Shown piece by piece: positions 61,805 to 64,000 of a stretch of DNA of 64,000 nt. Both the position numbers and the translations under genes were made by a program. The notes below the pieces were generated by a model, which made no database searches, was not told the origin of the DNA, and was given only the letters and a program-made list of their open reading frames with translations. The stretch lies in contig QHWQ01000010.1 in the NCBI GenBank assembly GCA_003222635.1, positions 3,334 to 67,333 of the forward strand, in the 5' to 3' direction. Position 1 is the first letter of the stretch; every line of letters starts with the position of its first letter. Source of the DNA: Acidobacteriota bacterium (GTDB lineage: Bacteria > Acidobacteriota > Vicinamibacteria > Vicinamibacterales > UBA2999).

Positions 61805-62335
61805 CTACGCCTGGACCAGTACGCGGTCGCCGTCGAGCCGCGTCGCGACCTTCGCGAGAGGCGCGGGCGGAGGACCGTCTTTCACGTTGCCGTCGCGGTC
61901 GTAGACGCCGCCGTGGCACGGGCACTTGAAGACCTGCGCCTCCGCATCCCACGCGACCAGGCACCCGAGATGCGTGCACGTCGCGTTGAACGCGTGGACT
62001 TCCGACTCCCCCGTCTTCACGAGAAAGATCGTCTGCCGGTCGAGCACTTCTCTGAAGCCGTCCAGGCGCCGTACTGAAAGCGTGACGGGCGTCGGCTGCC
62101 GATCCGGAAGGTCGAAGAGGGTCGTGGCGGGCAGCCACGAGTCCTCCCGGCGCACCGTCGACGAGAGCACCGCGCCGCCGCCGATGACGCCGAGAATGGC
62201 GCCGATCGCCGCCATGATGCCGCCCGCGACGGAGCTGAGAAAACGACGACGGCCGGGGTCCCCGGAAGATGAAGTTACCGTATCGATTGCCACAATGATC
62301 CGAGCGCGGGAAGGGATATCATAGGCGCCACTCAC
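61805..62335 (-). CDS. Rieske [2Fe-2S] protein with Tat signal
   Basis: The twin-arginine signal RRRFLSS is followed by a TM segment and the cluster ligands CTHLGC...CPCHGG. The start is GTG 62335 or an internal GTG, and is uncertain. Confidence 0.88.
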   Translation of the reverse strand: MSGAYDIPSRARIIVAIDTVTSSSGDPGRRRFLSSVAGGIMAAIGAILGVIGGGAVLSSTVRREDSWLPATTLFDLPDRQPTPVTLSVRRLDGFREVLDRQTIFLVKTGESEVHAFNATCTHLGCLVAWDAEAQVFKCPCHGGVYDRDGNVKDGPPPAPLAKVATRLDGDRVLVQA

Positions 62336-62356
62336 GCGTCAAAGGAGACATTCACG

Positions 62357-63001
62357 ATGCTGCGACGTTTCCTGCTCGTTGCCCTCCTCGCGCTGGTGGC
62401 CGTGCCGATTGCCGCGCAGGGTCCGGCCGGCTGGAAGGTGCTCCCAGACGGAGGAAACGCCACGCTGAGCGTGATGCCCACGGAAAAGGGCTTCCAGCTC
62501 GCTGGCGGGCCGGGCATCTTCTTCAATCCCATGAACACCGTGAAGCCGATCTACCGCGTGCGCGCGACGTTCACGCAGTTGAAGGCGCCGGCGAAGAATA
62601 CCTACTACGGATTGTTCTTCGGCGGCAACCAGATGGACACGTCGCCCGAGTACGTCTACCTGGCGATCGCCGCGGATGGCAGCTTCATCATCCGCCATCG
62701 CGCCGGCACGCACGTGGACGAGATGGACAAGTCGCTGCACTACGCGATCAAGAAGCCGGATGCGAGCGGCAAGGCGGTGAACACGCTCGAGGTGCAGGTC
62801 GCGCCGACCGCCGTGTCGTATCTCGTCAACGGCGCCGTCGTCGACGCCACGCCGACGCGCAGTGCCATCGCCGGGCAGTCATTTACCGTGACGGAGAAGA
62901 TCGGCGGCGTCGTCGGCGTCCGCGTCGATGATCCGATTGACGTGCAGGTCGATAGCTTCCTCTTCCAATCGCCGTTTCAGTTGAACGACCGCGGGCAGTA
63001 G
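62357..63001 (+). CDS. secreted protein, possible concanavalin/LamG-like (DUF1080-like) fold
   Basis: An AAAGGAGA RBS precedes a signal peptide (MLRRFLLVALLALVAVPIAAQ), and the rest is beta-rich. The family assignment is weak. Confidence 0.65.
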   Translation: MLRRFLLVALLALVAVPIAAQGPAGWKVLPDGGNATLSVMPTEKGFQLAGGPGIFFNPMNTVKPIYRVRATFTQLKAPAKNTYYGLFFGGNQMDTSPEYVYLAIAADGSFIIRHRAGTHVDEMDKSLHYAIKKPDASGKAVNTLEVQVAPTAVSYLVNGAVVDATPTRSAIAGQSFTVTEKIGGVVGVRVDDPIDVQVDSFLFQSPFQLNDRGQ

Positions 63002-63017
63002 CCCGCGGCCGTCACGT

Positions 63018-64000
63018 CTACTTCGTGGCGCGCTGCCCAACCGCGCGCTTCAGCTCGTCGATCGAAACCTTCCGGCCATCCGCCGGATAGTGCACCGGCA
63101 CGATCGTCTCGACATCCAGCTTCAGCCGGTTGATGTTGTCCAGCAGAAGGGCGTTCGCCGGGTTCGGCGGCGCCGCGGCGTCGGCCGTAGCCGGCGGGTT
63201 GAACGAATCGGCTTCGAGCAGCACCTTCTCCTTCGGAAGGTACGCGAAGAGGAGCCCTTCGTTGTGCAGGCTGCCCTGCGTCTTGTGGATCTCGATGGTG
63301 TGCACGCCGTCGGTGAGGACGCGCTTGTCGCCCACCAGCTCCACCTTCACCTTCGCGTGGTTCTGCGAGAGCTTGTCGGGGACCAGCGTATGCGGCAGCG
63401 CGAAGATCTTCTCGAAGTAGCCCTTGTTCGTCTGACTCGTGATGATCGTGGCCCCCTCGGCGACGAACGCACGCAGGCCGCTCGAGTGGTCGAAGTGGCT
63501 ATGGGTGTTGAACACGTACTTGATTGACTTCCCCGGAATGTCCTTGTGCACCTCGGCGATGATCTGCTCGCCGCGCATCGTGCTCTGGGGCCCTTCGAGG
63601 ACGACGATGCCATCCTTCATGTCGACGGCGATCGCGGCATACGCGGGCATGATCAGGAAGACGCCGTCGCCGAGCTGCTGTGACGATGGACCCTGCGGCC
63701 CGCCACCGCCCCCACCCGGCGCACCGCCCCCGCGCTGCGGCGGCGCGATGTTAGCGGCCACATTCGCCTTCGCGTCGAGTCGATCCATGTCTCGACCTTG
63801 GCGATCATGTTGTCGGCGCCGATGTAGCCGTTCACTTTCGCCTTGTTGGGCGCGATGAACGTGACGACGCTGTACTTCTTGCCGCCCATCGTCGCCGATC
63901 CGAGCGTGACGTCGTTTCTCGCCGCCTGGCGCAGGAACCCGTAGGGCGTCAGCCAGATCGGCAGCTGGTTCGGCCACGGCGTGTTCGCGTTCACGATCAA
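63018..64000 (-). pseudogene. MBL-fold metallo-hydrolase with N-terminal extra domain; frameshifted, 5' end beyond window
   Basis: The C-terminal frame reads ...LDAKANVAANIAPPQ...GDGVFLIMPAYAAIAVDMKDGIVVLEGPQ...VFNTHSHFDHSSG, the HxHxDH motif. The upstream part, ...TPYGFLRQAARNDVTLGSATMGGKKYSVVTFIAPNKAKVNGYIGADNMIAKVETWIDS, lies in a different frame. The switch is near 63775-63786. Confidence 0.75.

Noticed and set aside
1-64000. I looked for CRISPR arrays, rRNA or tRNA genes, prophage or integron features, toxin-antitoxin pairs and known defence-system genes.
   Set aside because: I found no evenly spaced direct-repeat array, no rRNA- or tRNA-like sequence, and no phage, integrase (other than housekeeping xerD) or defence-type domains in any frame. 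Canonical parS was also not found.

Overview
This is a 64-kb, visibly GC-rich chromosomal segment, roughly two-thirds G+C by eye with a strong G/C third-position bias; I did not compute GC. Gene content and repeat types look Acidobacteriota-like, which is inference only. All protein calls rest on motifs I recognised by eye, since no database search or alignment could be run.

The window is almost entirely housekeeping and envelope genes, in this order:
- a sigma-54 activator and a receiver-like gene
- murQ, xerD, a PHP hydrolase and a MoaD-like/BNR-propeller pair
- a fused lptF-lptG, then a broken GH57 gene
- parAB, a bifunctional nuclease, miaB and recN
- a complete tolQ-tolR-tolA-tolB-pal-cpoB cluster
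- ssb, an HpcH aldolase and a cupin
- a regulatory PTS block: EI, HPr, EIIA-Man, rapZ, hprK
- hpf-rpoN-lptB and a giant lptC/lptA-like gene
- recJ, accA, dnaE, guaA and a BamB-like propeller
- a decayed REP-associated transposase (RAYT), an aminotransferase, a very large sensor kinase, pssA-psd, rimI-tsaB
- a right-hand accessory-looking block: a secreted PHP-like protein, a TonB-dependent receptor, DUF6152, two paralogous secreted proteins, a cytochrome b/c fusion with Rieske protein, and an MBL hydrolase

I saw no rRNA, tRNA or CRISPR.

Four things stand out:
1. At least eight conserved genes (GH57, ssb, hpf, rpoN, guaA, RAYT, the kinase, the MBL hydrolase) each lack a block of roughly 40-50 codons. 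In five of them the reading frame also changes at the gap.
2. Several families of long intergenic hairpin repeats are present. One is a REP/RAYT system; another is a long inverted-repeat element present once carrying a four-helix-bundle (23S-IVS-type) gene and once empty.
3. The Lpt machinery shows unusual fusions (lptF-lptG and lptC-lptA).
4. The TonB-receptor/DUF6152/paralog cluster lying next to a fused bc-type complex is uncharacterised.
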